From the NCBI GenBank assembly GCA_040954595.2, contig CM082594.2:456208-520207 (forward strand): DNA of 64,000 nt. Reading direction: 5' to 3'. This document shows, piece after piece, positions 1 through 11,500 of the stretch. This DNA comes from Balanoglossus misakiensis. Lineage: Eukaryota; Animalia; Hemichordata. A program made the translations under genes and the position numbers. Positions within the stretch are counted from its first letter, which is position 1; the number at the start of each line of letters is the position of its first letter. The notes below the pieces were generated by a model. It was given only the letters and a program-made list of their open reading frames with translations. It was not told the origin of the DNA and made no database searches.

Positions 1-535
1 TTTTTTATTTTTTTTTCTAAAAATGACATTTTCAAGGAAAATTTGGTAAAACGCAATTTTGTCTGCAGTGAGCCAAATTAGACGGTCTTTTGTGGAATTT
101 GTATCGATATATACATACGAAGAGCATTCTATACTCCATCAGATTTCCAAAAATGTAGAAAACAGGTATTTTTTGTAATTTTCAAAAATTTACCATTTTG
201 ACCAAATTGTGGCTAAAATTGTTATTTTCGTGTTGAATGCCGCCAGTGTCACTGCTTTTAAAAGTCATAAAAACTTTTAACATACAAGCAATTGTTTATA
301 TATGATCAGGTCACCGAATTAAAAAAATAAAGAATGTTTTGCCTAAAAATGACCTTTTTGGTGCAAAAACGAATAAAACGCAATTTTGTATTAAATCAGC
401 TCATTCAGAGTGCATTTTTTATAATCAGCACCATTTTTACATATATTGGAAATTTCATACATCATCAGATATCCAAATATGAAAAAATGATTTAGATTTT
501 AGATGATTGTCCAAAATTAGCTGATATCTAATAAA

Positions 536-780
536 TGTAGTATTGAACCGTTCTGTCCCCCCCCCTACATTATATGCGGTACGCCGATGTCAGCTTACCC
601 GGCAGTACTGCAGGCCGTGCCCCCAAATAACGTCGGTGTGTGAAACGCCCTGGTTAAATTCGGGCTTTCTCTATAAATTAACAGGCAATAATGCAGTCCT
701 ACCCGAACAAATGTCGAGTGTTGACCCGCTGTGACTTTCCCTCTTCGGTTTGCCCGACTTAGCCAACGTCTTTGTACTAG
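536..780 (+). repeat. Unit module 1 (example copy): non-repetitive spacer with poly-C tract
   Basis: Occurs once per full unit. Contains GAACCGTTC, C9 at 557-565, palindrome GCAGTACTGC at 602-611 and TATAAA at 672-677. Its 3' end grades into a degenerate 81-bp monomer. Confidence 0.85.
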
Positions 781-1650
781 AGGGTCGGGTCTTTTGCCGA
801 GCCAGGCCGAAGGAAATCCGACTTGATCACCGTTGCTAACGAACGCTAGTGTCTGTCATGGTGTGCCGGGGTTTTAGTCGAACCAGGCCGTAGGAAATCT
901 GACTTGATCAACGTGGTCAATGTACGCGTGTTTCCGCTCTAAAGTGCCGGGGCTTCAGCTAAACCATGCCGTAGGAAATCCGACGTAATCACCGTTGATA
1001 ACTTACGCCAGTCTGTGTCATATAGAGCCGGTGCACCAGCCGAATCACGCCGTAGGAAATCTGACTTGATCAACGTGGTCAATGTACGCCTGTTTCTGCT
1101 CTAGAGTGCCGGGGCTTCAGCTGAGCCAGGCCGTAGGAAACCCGACGTGATTACCGTTGTTAACTTACGCCAGTCTGTGTCCTATATATAGTGCCGGGGC
1201 ATCAGCCGTGCCAGGCCGAAGGAAATGTGAGTAGATCAACGTGGTCTCTGTACGCGTGTTTCTGCTCTAGAGTGCCGGGGCTTTATCCAAGCCATGCCGT
1301 AGAAAATCTGACTTGATCACCGTTGCTAACGTACGATAGTGTCTGTCATAGTGTGCCGGGGTTTTAGTCGAGCCAAGCCGTAGGAGATCAGACTTCATCA
1401 ACGTGGTCTCTGTACGCGTGTTTCTGCTCTAGAGTGCCGGGGCTTTATCCAAGCCATGCCGTAGAAAATCTGACTTGATCACCGTTGCTAACGTACGCTA
1501 GTGTCTGTCATATTGTGACGGAGATTTAGCCGAGCCAGGCCGTAGAAAAATCGACTTGTTCAACGTTACCAGTGTGCAACTGTTTCTGCTCTAGAGTGTC
1601 AGGGTTTTAGCCGACTTGTGCTGTTGGAAATCTGAGTTGATGAACGGGAA
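781..1650 (+). repeat. Unit module 2 (example copy): GC-rich 81-bp monomer array with A/B alternation giving a ~162-bp dimer
   Basis: The core GCCGWAGRARAT-like motif starts at 806, 887, 968, 1049, 1130, 1215, 1296, 1377, 1458, 1539 and 1620 (spacing 81, once 85). Type A (ACCGTTGNTAAC...TGTCAT) alternates with type B (AACGTGGTC...CTCTAGAG). Confidence 0.96.
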
Positions 1651-2590
1651 TTCAATGTTAGAAAACCCGTGTGGAAAGTATCTCCTCCCGTTTGAAACTA
1701 AGAAAAGAATTTATTCTTATTCATTTTGTTAAAAAGACAATTTTTCGAAAAAAAGTCGAAAATGGTAATTTTGTCTTGGGTGATTCAAATTATACCACCT
1801 TTTCTGGAATTTGCAGCACTTTTTACAAGAGAACGACACTTCATGCTCCATAATATTTCCGAAAATGAAGAAAATAGTTAATTTTTTATGATTTTTTAAA
1901 AATTTACCATTTTTGTCAAAATATGGCCAAAATGGCTATTTTTTCTTGAATTCCGTCAATATCTCTGCATTTTTGGAGTGGTCGAAAGTTTTAACATACA
2001 ATCAACATGTCATATATGATCAGGGCACCACATTTGAAGAACAAAGGTTTTTTTATTTTTTTTTCTAAAAATGACATTTTCAAGGAAAATTTGGTAAAAC
2101 GCAATTTTGTCTGCAGTGAGCCAAATTAGACGGTCTTTTGTGGAATTTGTATCGATATATACATACGAAGAGCATTCTATACTCCATCAGATTTCCAAAA
2201 ATGTAGAAAACAGGTATTTTTTGTAATTTTCAAAAATTTACCATTTTGACCAAATTGTGGCTAAAAATGTTATTTTCGTGTTGAATGCCGCCAGTGTCAC
2301 TGCTTTTAAAAGTCATAAAAACTTTTAACATACAAGCAATTGTTTATATATGATCAGGTCACCGAATTAAAAAAATAAAGAATGTTTTGCCTAAAAATGA
2401 CCTTTTTGGTGCAAAAACGAATAAAACGCAATTTTGTATTAAATCAGCTCATTCAGAGTGCATTTTTATAATCAGCACCATTTTTACATATAATGGAAAT
2501 TTCATACATCATCAGATATCCAAATATGAAAAGATGATTTAGATTTTAGATGATTGTCCAAAATTAGCTGATATCTGATAAATGTAGTAT
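1651..2590 (+). repeat. Unit module 3 (example copy): AT-rich diverged ~167-bp monomers with a ~334-bp dimer
   Basis: TTAACATACAA..ATATATGATCAGG.CACC at 1991 and 2325; TGGAATTTG at 1805 and 2141. The AAAAAT..CATTTT-type motif occurs at about 1731, 1898, 2067, 2232 and 2393 (spacing 161-169). Confidence 0.85.
1686..1702 (-). promoter_or_regulatory. CENP-B-box-like 17-mer (example copy; one per unit)
   Basis: The minus strand reads CTTAGTTTCAAACGGGA versus the canonical CENP-B box CTTCGTTGGAAACGGGA: 14/17 identity and 8/9 core positions (TTAG in place of TTCG). Binding is not demonstrated. Confidence 0.3.
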
Positions 2591-5500
2591 TGAACCGTTC
2601 TGTTTCTCCCCCCCCCTACATTATATGCGGTACGCCGATGTCACCTTACCCGGCAGTACTGCAGGCCGTGCCCCCAACTAACGTCGGTGTTTGAAGCGCC
2701 CTGGTTAAATTCGGGCTTTCTCTATAAATTAACAGGCAATAATGCAGTCCTACCCGAACAAATGTCGAGTGTTGACCCGCTGTGACTTTCCCTCTTCGGT
2801 TTGCCCGACATAGCCAACGTCTTTGTACTAGAGGGTCGGGTCTTTTGCCGAGCCAGGCCGAAGGAAATCCGACTTGATCACCGTTGCTAACGAACGCTAG
2901 TGTCTGTCATGGTGTGCCGGGGTTTTAGTCGAACCAGGCCGTAGGAAATCTGACCTGATCAACGTGGTCAATGTACGCCTGTTTCTGCTCTAGAGTGCCG
3001 GGGCTTCAGCTGATCCAGGCCGTAGGAAACCCGACGTGATTACCGTTGTTAACTTACGCCAGTCTGTGTCCTATATATAGTGCGGGGCATCAGCCGTGCC
3101 AGGCCTAAGGAAATGTGAGTAGATCAATGTGGTCTCTGTACGCGTGTTTCTGCTCTAGAATGCCAGGGCTTTAGCCAAGCCATGCCGTAGGAAATCTGAC
3201 TTGATCAACGTTGCTAACGAACGCTAGTGTCTGTCATAGTGTGCCGGGGTTTTAGTCGAGCCAAGCCGTAGGAGATCTGACTTGATCATCGTGGTCAATG
3301 TACGCGTGTTTCCGCTCTAAAGTGCCGGGGCTTGAGCTAAACCAGGCCGTAGGAAATCCGACGTAATCACCGTTGATAACTTACGCCAGTCTGTGTCATA
3401 TAGAGCCGGTGCACCAGCGGAGTCACGCCGTAGGACATCTGACTTGATCAACGTGGTCAATGTACGCCTGTTTCTGCTCTAGAGTGCCGGGCTTCAGCTG
3501 AGCCAGGCCGTAGGAAACCCGACGTGATTACCGTTGTTAACTTACGCCAGTCTGTGTCCTATATATAGTGCCGGGGCATCAGCTGTGCCAGGCCGAAGGA
3601 AATGGGAGTAGATCAACGTGGTCTCTGTACGCGTGTTTCTGCTCTAGAGTGCCAGGGCTTTAGCCAAGCCATGCCGTAGGAAATCTGACTTGATCAACGT
3701 TGCTAACGAACGCTAGTGTCTGTCATAGTGTGCCGGGGTTTTAGTCGAGCCAAGCCGTAGGAGATCAGACTTGATCAACGTGGTCTCTGTACGCGTGTTT
3801 CTGCTCTAGAGTGCCGGGGCTTTATCCCAGCCATGCCGTAGAAAATCTGACTTGATCACCGTTGCTAACGTGCGCTAGTGTCTGTCATATTGTGACGGAG
3901 ATTTAGCCGAGCCAGGCCGTAGAAAAATCGACTTGTTCAACGTTACCATTGTGCAACTGTTTCTGCTCTAGAGTGTCAGGGTTTTAGCCGACTTATGCTG
4001 TAGGAAATCTGAGTTGATGAATGGGAATTCAATGTTAAAAAACCTGTGTGGAAAGTGTCTCTACCCTTTTGAAACTAAGAAAATAATTTATTCTTATTTA
4101 TTTTGTAAAAATCACAATTTTTCGAAAAAAAGTCGAAAATGGTAATTTTGTCATGGGTGATTCAAATTATACCGCCTTTTGTGGAATTTGCAGCACTTTT
4201 TACAAGAGAACGACACTTCATGCTCCATAATATTTCCGAAAATGAAGAAAAGAGTTAATTTTTTATGATTTTTTAAAAATTTACCATTTTTGTCAAAATA
4301 TGGCCAAAATTGCTATTTTTTCTTGATTTCCGTCAATATCTCTGCATTTTTGGAGTGGTCGAAAGTTTTAACATACAATCAACATGTCATATATGATCAG
4401 GGCACCAAATTCGAAGAACAAAGGTTTTTTTTATTTTTTTTTCTAAAAATGACATTTTCAAGGAAAATTTGGTAAAACGCAATTTTGTCTGCTGTGAGCC
4501 AAATTGGCCGTTTTTTTGTGGAATTTGTATCGATATATGTATACGAAGAGCATTCTATACTCCATCAGATTTCCGAAAATGTAGAAAACAGGTATTTTTT
4601 GTAATTTTCAAAAATTTACCATTTTGACCGAATTGTGGCTAAAATTGTTCTTTTCGTGTTGAATGCCGCCAGTGTCACTGCTTTTAAAAGTCATTAAAAC
4701 TTTTAACATACAAGCAATTGTTTATATATGATCAGGTCACCGAATTTAAAGAATAAAGAATGTTTTCCCTAAAAATGACCTTTTTGGTGCAAAAACGAAT
4801 AAAACGCAATTTTGTATTAAATCAGCTCATTCAGAGTGCATTTTTTATAATCAGCACCATTTTTACATATAATGGAAATTTCATACATCATCAGATATCC
4901 AAATATGAAAAAATGATTTAGATTTTAGATGATTGTCCAAAAGTAGCTGATATCTAATAAAAATATAGTATTGAACCGTTCTGTTCCCCCCCCCCTCCCT
5001 ACATTAAATGCGGTACGCCGATGTCAGCTTACCCGTCAGTACTGCAGGCCGTGCCCACAACTAACGTCGGTGTTTGAAACGCCCTGGTTAAATTCGGGCT
5101 TGCTCTATAAATTGACAGGCAATATTGTAGTCCTACCGGAACAAATGTCGAGTGTTGACCCGCTGTGACTTTCCCTCTTCGGTTTGCCCGACTTAGCCAA
5201 CGTCTTTGTACTAGAGTGTCGGGTGTTTTGCAGAGCCAGGCCGCAGGAAATCCGACTTGATCACCGTTGCTAACGAACGCTAGTGTCTGTCATGGTGTGC
5301 CGGGGTTTTAGTCGAGCCAGGCCGTAGGAGATCTGACTTGATCATCGTGGTCAATGTACGCGTGTTTCCGCTCTAAAGTGCCGGGGCTTCAGCTAAACCA
5401 GGCCGTAGGAAATCCGACGTAATCACCGTTGATAACTTACGCCAGTCTGTGTCATATAGAGCCGGCGCACCAGCCGAGTCACGCCGTAGGAATCTAATTT

Positions 5501-8500
5501 GATCAACGTGGTCAATGTACGCCTGTTTCTGCTCTAGAGTGCCGGGGCTTCAGCTGAGCCAGGCCGTAGGAAACCCGACGTGATTACCGTTGTTAACTTA
5601 CGCCAGTCTGTGTCCTATATATAGTGCGGGGCATCAGCCGTGCCAGGCCTAAGGAATTGTGAGTAGATCAATGTGGTCTCTGTACGCGTGTTTCTGCTCT
5701 AGAATGCCAGGGCTTTAGCCAAGCCATGCCGTAGGAAATCTGAATTGATCAACGTTGCTAACGAACGCTAGTGTCTGTCATAGTGTGCCGGGGTTTTAGT
5801 CGAGCCAAGCCGTAGGAGATCTGACTTGATCATCGTGGTCAATATACGCGTGTTTCCGCTCTAAAGTGCCGGGGCTTGAGCTAAACCAGGCCGTAGGAAA
5901 TCCGACGTAATCACCGTTGATAACTTACGCCAGTCTGTGTCATATAGAGCCGGTGCATCAGCCGTGCCAGGCCGAAGGAAATGTGAGTAGATCAACGTGG
6001 TTTCTGTACGCGTGTTTCTGCTCTAGAGTGCCGGGGCTTTATCCAAGCCATGCCGTAGGAAATCTGACTTGATCACCGTTGCTAACGTACGATAGTGTCT
6101 GTCATATTGTGACGGAGATTTAGCCGAGCCAGGCCGTAGAAAAATCGACTTGTTCAACGTTACCAGTGTGCAACTGTTTCTGCTCTAGAGTGTCAGGGTT
6201 TTAGCCGACTTATGCTGTAGGAAATCTGAGTTGATGAATGGGAATTCAATGTTTAAAAACCTGTGTGGAAAGTGTCTCTACCCTTTTGAAACTAAGAAAA
6301 GAATTTATTCTTATTTATTTTGAAAAAATCACAATTTTTCGAAAAAAAGTCGAAAATGGTAATTTTGTCATGGGTGAATTCAAATTATACCGCCTTTTCT
6401 GGAATTTGCAGCACTTTTTACAAGAGAAAGACACTTCATGCTCCATAATATTTCCGAAAATGAAGAAAAGAGTTAATTTTTTATGATTTTTTAAAAATTT
6501 ACAATTTTTGTCAAAATATGGCCAAAATGGCTATTTTTTCTTGAATTCCGTCAATATCTCTGCATTTTTGGAGTGGTCGAAAGTTTTAACATACAATCAA
6601 CATGTCATATATGATCAGGGCACCAAATTCGAAGAACAAAGGTTTTTTTTTATTTTTTTTTCTAAAAATGACATTTTCAAGGAAAATTTGGTAAAACGCA
6701 ATTTTGTCTGCAGTGAGCCAAATTAGACGGTCTTTTGTGGAATTTGTATCGATATATATATACGAAGAGCATTCTATACTCCATCAGATTTCCGAAAATG
6801 TAGAAAACAGGTATTTTTTGTAATTTTCAAAAATTTACCATTTTGACCAAATTGTGGTTAAAATTGTTATTTTCGTGTTGAATGCCGCCAGTGTCACTGC
6901 TTTTAAAAGTCATAAAAACTTTTAACATGCAAGCAATTGCTTATATATGATCAGGCCACCGAATTAAAAAAATAAAGAATGTTTTGCCTAAAAATGACCT
7001 TTTTGGTGCAAAAACGATTAAAACGCAATTTTGTATTAAATCAGCTCATTCAGAGTGCATTTTTTATAATCAGCACCATTTTTACATATATTGGAAATTT
7101 CATACATCACCAGATATCCAAATATGAAAAAATGATTTAGATTTTAGATGATTGTCCAAAATTAGCTGATATCTAATAAATGTAGTATTGAACCGTTCTG
7201 TCCCCCCCTACATTATATGCGGTACGCCGATGTCAGCTTACCCGGCAGTACTGCAGGCCGTGCCCCCAAATAACGTCGGTGTGTGAAACGCCCTGGTTAA
7301 ATTCGTGCTTTCTCTATAAATTGACAGGCAATAATGCAGTCCTACCCGAACAAATGTCGAGTGTTGACCCGCTGTGACTTTCCCTCTTCGGTTTGCCCGA
7401 CTTAGCCAACGTCTTTGTACTAATGTGTCGGGTCTTTTGCAGAGCCAGGCCGAAGGAAATCCGACTTGATCACCGTTGCTAACGAACGCTAGTGTCTGTC
7501 ATGGTGTGCCGGGGTTTTAGTCGAGCCAGGCCGTAGGAGATCTGACTTGATCATCGTGGTCAATGTACGCGTGTTTCCGCTCTAAAGTGCCGGGGCTTCA
7601 GCTAAACCATGCCGTAGGAAATCCGACGTAATCACCGTTGATAACTTACGCCAGTCTGTGTCATATAGAGCCGGTGCACCAGCCGAATCACGCCGTAGGA
7701 AATCTGACTTGATCAACGTGGTCAATGTACGCCTGTTTCTGCTCTAGAGTGCCGGGGCTTCAGCTGAGCCAGGCCGTAGGAAACCCGACGTGATTACCGT
7801 TGTTAACTTACGCCAGTCTGTGTCCTATATATAGTGCCGGGGCATCAGCCGTGCCAGGCCGAAGGAAATGTGAGTAGATCAACGTGGTCTCTGTACGCGT
7901 GTTTCTGCTCTAGAGTGCCGGGGCTTTATCCAAGCCATGCCGTAGAAAATCTGACTTGATCACCGTTGCTAACGTACGATAGTGTCTGTCATAGTGTGCC
8001 GGGGTTTTAGTCGAGCCAAGCCGTAGGAGATCAGACTTCATCAACGTGGTCTCTGTAGGCGTGTTTCTGCTCTAGAGTGCCGGGGCTTTATCCAAGCCAT
8101 GCCGTAGAAAATCTGACTTGATCACCGTTGCTAACGTACGCTAGTGTCTGTCATATTGTGACGGAGATTTAGCCGAGCCAGGCCGAAGAAAAATCGACTT
8201 GTTCAACGTTACCAGTGTGCAACTGTTTCTGCTCTAGAGTGTCAGGGTTTTAGCCGACTTATGCTGTAGGAAATCTGAGTTGATGAACGGGAATTCCATG
8301 TTAGAAAACCCGTGTGGAAAGTATCTCCTCCCGTTTGAAACTAAGAAAAGAATTTATTCTTATTTATTTTGTTAAAAAGACAATTTTTCGAAAAAAAGTC
8401 GAAAATGGTAATTTTGTCTTGGGTGATTCAAATTATACCACCTTTTCTGGAATTTGCAGCACTTTTTACAAGAGAACGACACTTCATGCTCCATAATATT

Positions 8501-11500
8501 TCCGAAAATGAAGAAAATAGTTAATTTTTTATGATTTTTTAAAAATTTACCATTTTTGTCAAAATATGGCCAAAATGGCTATTTTTTCTTGAATTCCGTC
8601 AATATCTCTGCATTTTTGGAGTGGTCGAAAGTTTTAACATACAATCAACATGTCATATATGATCAGGGCACCACATTTGAAGAACAAAGGTTTTTTTATT
8701 TTTTTTTCTAAAAATGACATTTTCAAGGAAAATTTGGTAAAACGCAATTTTGTCTGCAGTGAGCCAAATTAGACGGTCTTTTGTGGAATTTGTATCGATA
8801 TATACATACGAAGAGCATTCTATACTCCATCAGATTTCCAAAAATGTAGAAAACAGGTATTTTTTGTAATTTTCAAAAATTTACCATTTTGACCAAATTG
8901 TGGCTAAAATTGTTATTTTCGTGTTGAATGCCGCCAGTGTCACTGCTTTTAAAAGTCATAAAAACTTTTAACATACAAGCAATTGTTTATATATGATCAG
9001 GTCACCGAATTAAAAAAATAAAGAATGTTTTGCCTAAAAATTACCTTTTTGGTGCAAAAACGAATAAAACGCAATTTTGTATTAAATCAGCTCATTCAGA
9101 GTGCATTTTTTATAATCAGCACCATTTTTACATATATTGGAAATTTCATACATCATCAGATATCCAAATATGAAAAAATGATTTAGATTTTAGATGATTG
9201 TCCAAAATTAGCTGATATCTAATAAATGTAGTATTGAACCGTTCTGTCCCCCCCTACATTATATGCGGTACGCCGATGTCACCTTACCCGGCAGTACTGC
9301 AGGCCGTGCCCCCAAATAACGTCGGTGTGTGAAACGCCCTAGTTAAATTCGGGCTTTCTCTATAAATTAACAGGCAATAATGCAGTCCTACCCGAACAAA
9401 TGTCGAGTGTTGACCCGCTGTGACTTTCCCTCTTCGGTTTGCCCGACTTAGCCAACGTCTTTGTACTAGAGGGTCGGGTCTTTTGCCGAGCCAGGCCGAA
9501 GGAAATCCGACTTGATCACCGTTGCTAACGAACGCTAGTGTCTGTCATGGTGTGCCGGGGTTTTAGTCGAACCAGGCCGTAGGAAATCTGACTTGATCAA
9601 CGTGGTCAATGTACGCCTGTTTCTGCTCTAGAATGCCGGGGCTTCAGCTGAGCCAGGCCGTAGGAAACCCGACGTGATTACCGTTGTTAACTTACGCCAG
9701 TCTGTGTCCTATATATAGTGCCGGGGCATCAGCCGTGCCAGGCCGAAGGAAATGTGAGTAGATCAACGTGGTCTCTGTACGCGTGTTTCTGCTCTAGAGT
9801 GCCGGGGCTTTATCCAAGCCATGCCGTAGAAAATCTGACTTGATCACCGTTGCTAACGTACGATAGTGTCTGTCATAGTGTGCCGGGGTTTTAGTCGAGC
9901 CAAGCCGTAGGAGATCAGACTTCATCAACGTGGTCTCTGTACGCGTGTTTCTGCTCTAGAGTGCCGGGGCTTTATCCAAGCCATGCCGTAGAAAATCTGA
10001 CTTGATCACCGTTGCTAACGTACGCTAGTGTCTGTCATATTGTGACGGAGATTTAGCCGAGCCAGGCCGTAGAAAAATCGACTTGTTCAACGTTACCAGT
10101 GTGCAACTGTTTCTGCTCTAGAGTGTCAGGGTTTTAGCCGACTTATGCTGTAGGAAATCTGAGTTGATGAACGGGAATTCAATGTTAGAAAACCCGTGTG
10201 GAAAGTATCTCTACCCGTTTGGAACTATGAAAAGAATTTATTCTTATTTATTTTCTGAAACAAGACAATTTTTCGAAAAAAAGTCGAAAATGGTAATTTT
10301 GTCTTGGGTGATTCAAATTATACCACCTTTAATGGAATTTGCAGCACTTTTTACAAGAGAACGACACTTCATGCTCCATAATATTTCCGAAAATGAAGAA
10401 AAGAGTTTATTTTTTATGATTTTTTAAAAATGTACCATTTTGTCAAAATATGGCCAAAATGGCTATTTTTTCTTGAATTCCGTCAATATCTCTGCATTTT
10501 TGGAGTGGTCGAAAGTTTTAACATACAATCAACATGTCATATATGATCAGGGCACCAAATTCGAAGAACGAAGGTTTTTTTATTTTATTTTTCTAAAAAT
10601 GACATTTTCAAGGAAAATTTGGTAAAACGCAATTTTGTCTGCAGTGAGCCAAATTAGACGGTCTTTTGTGGAATTTGTATCGATATATATATACGAAGAG
10701 CATTCTATACTCCATCAGATTTCCGAAAATGTAGAAAACAGGTATTTTTTGTAATTTTCAAAAATTTACCATTTTGACCAAATTGTGGTTAAAATTGTTA
10801 TTTTCGTGTTGAATGCCGCCAGTGTCACTGCTTTTAAAAGTCATAAAAACTTTTAACATGCAAGCAATTGCTTATATATGATCAGGCCACCGAATTAAAA
10901 AAATAAAGAATGTTTTGCCTAAAAATGACCTTTTTGGTGCAAAAACGAATAAAACGCAATTTTGTATTAAATCAGCTCATTCAGAGTGCATTTTTTATAA
11001 TCAGCACCATTTTTACATATATTGGAAATTTCATACATCATCAGATATCCAAATATGAAAAAATGATTTAGATTTTAGATGATTGTCCAAAATTAGCTGA
11101 TATCTAATAAATGTAGTATTGAACCGTTCTGTCCCCCCCTACATTATATGCGGTACGCCGATGTCAGCTTACCCGGCAGTACTGCAGGCCGTGCCCCCAA
11201 ATAACGTCGGTGTGTGAAACGCCCTGGTTAAATTCGGGCTTTCTCTATAAATTGACAGGCAATAATGCAGTCCTACCCGAACAAATGTCGAGTGTTGACC
11301 CGCTGTGACTTTCCCTCTTCGGTTTGCCCGACTTAGCCAACGTCTTTGTACTAATGTGTCGGGTCTTTTGCAGAGCCAGGCCGAAGGAAATCCGACTTGA
11401 TCACCGTTGCTAACGAACGCTAGTGTCTGTCATGGTGTGCCGGGGTTTTAGTCGAGCCAGGCCGTAGGAGATCTGACTTGATCATCGTGGTCAATGTACG

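Noticed and set aside
672-700. TATA box with a possible initiator in the spacer
   Set aside because: A single TATAAA is expected by chance, the spacing to the candidate Inr is short, and there is no downstream gene.
745-780. Helitron 3' end (hairpin plus CTAG), which would make the unit a tandem Helitron
   Set aside because: The stem is only 4 bp (TCGG/CCGA), the CTAG is part of the monomer's CTCTAGAG motif and is mutated in several units, and no matching 5' end is evident.
640-1140. 5S rRNA resemblance (CCTACGGCC..CTGAA on the minus strand; AGGGTCGGG and CCTGGTTA on plus)
   Set aside because: Only short, non-collinear matches on mixed strands. There is no 120-nt 5S gene, internal control region or terminator.
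806-1620. 81-bp monomer as a coding 27-aa repeat
   Set aside because: TAG/TAA stops recur in the best frames on both strands and one 85-bp monomer breaks the frame. My manual alignment of nine monomers gave about 13/17/17 variable columns at codon positions 1/2/3, so there is no third-position bias.
806-1620. CRISPR-like array (conserved core with ~81 bp period)
   Set aside because: The intervening sequences are homologous to each other in two alternating types rather than unique spacers, the cores vary, and there are no cas genes.
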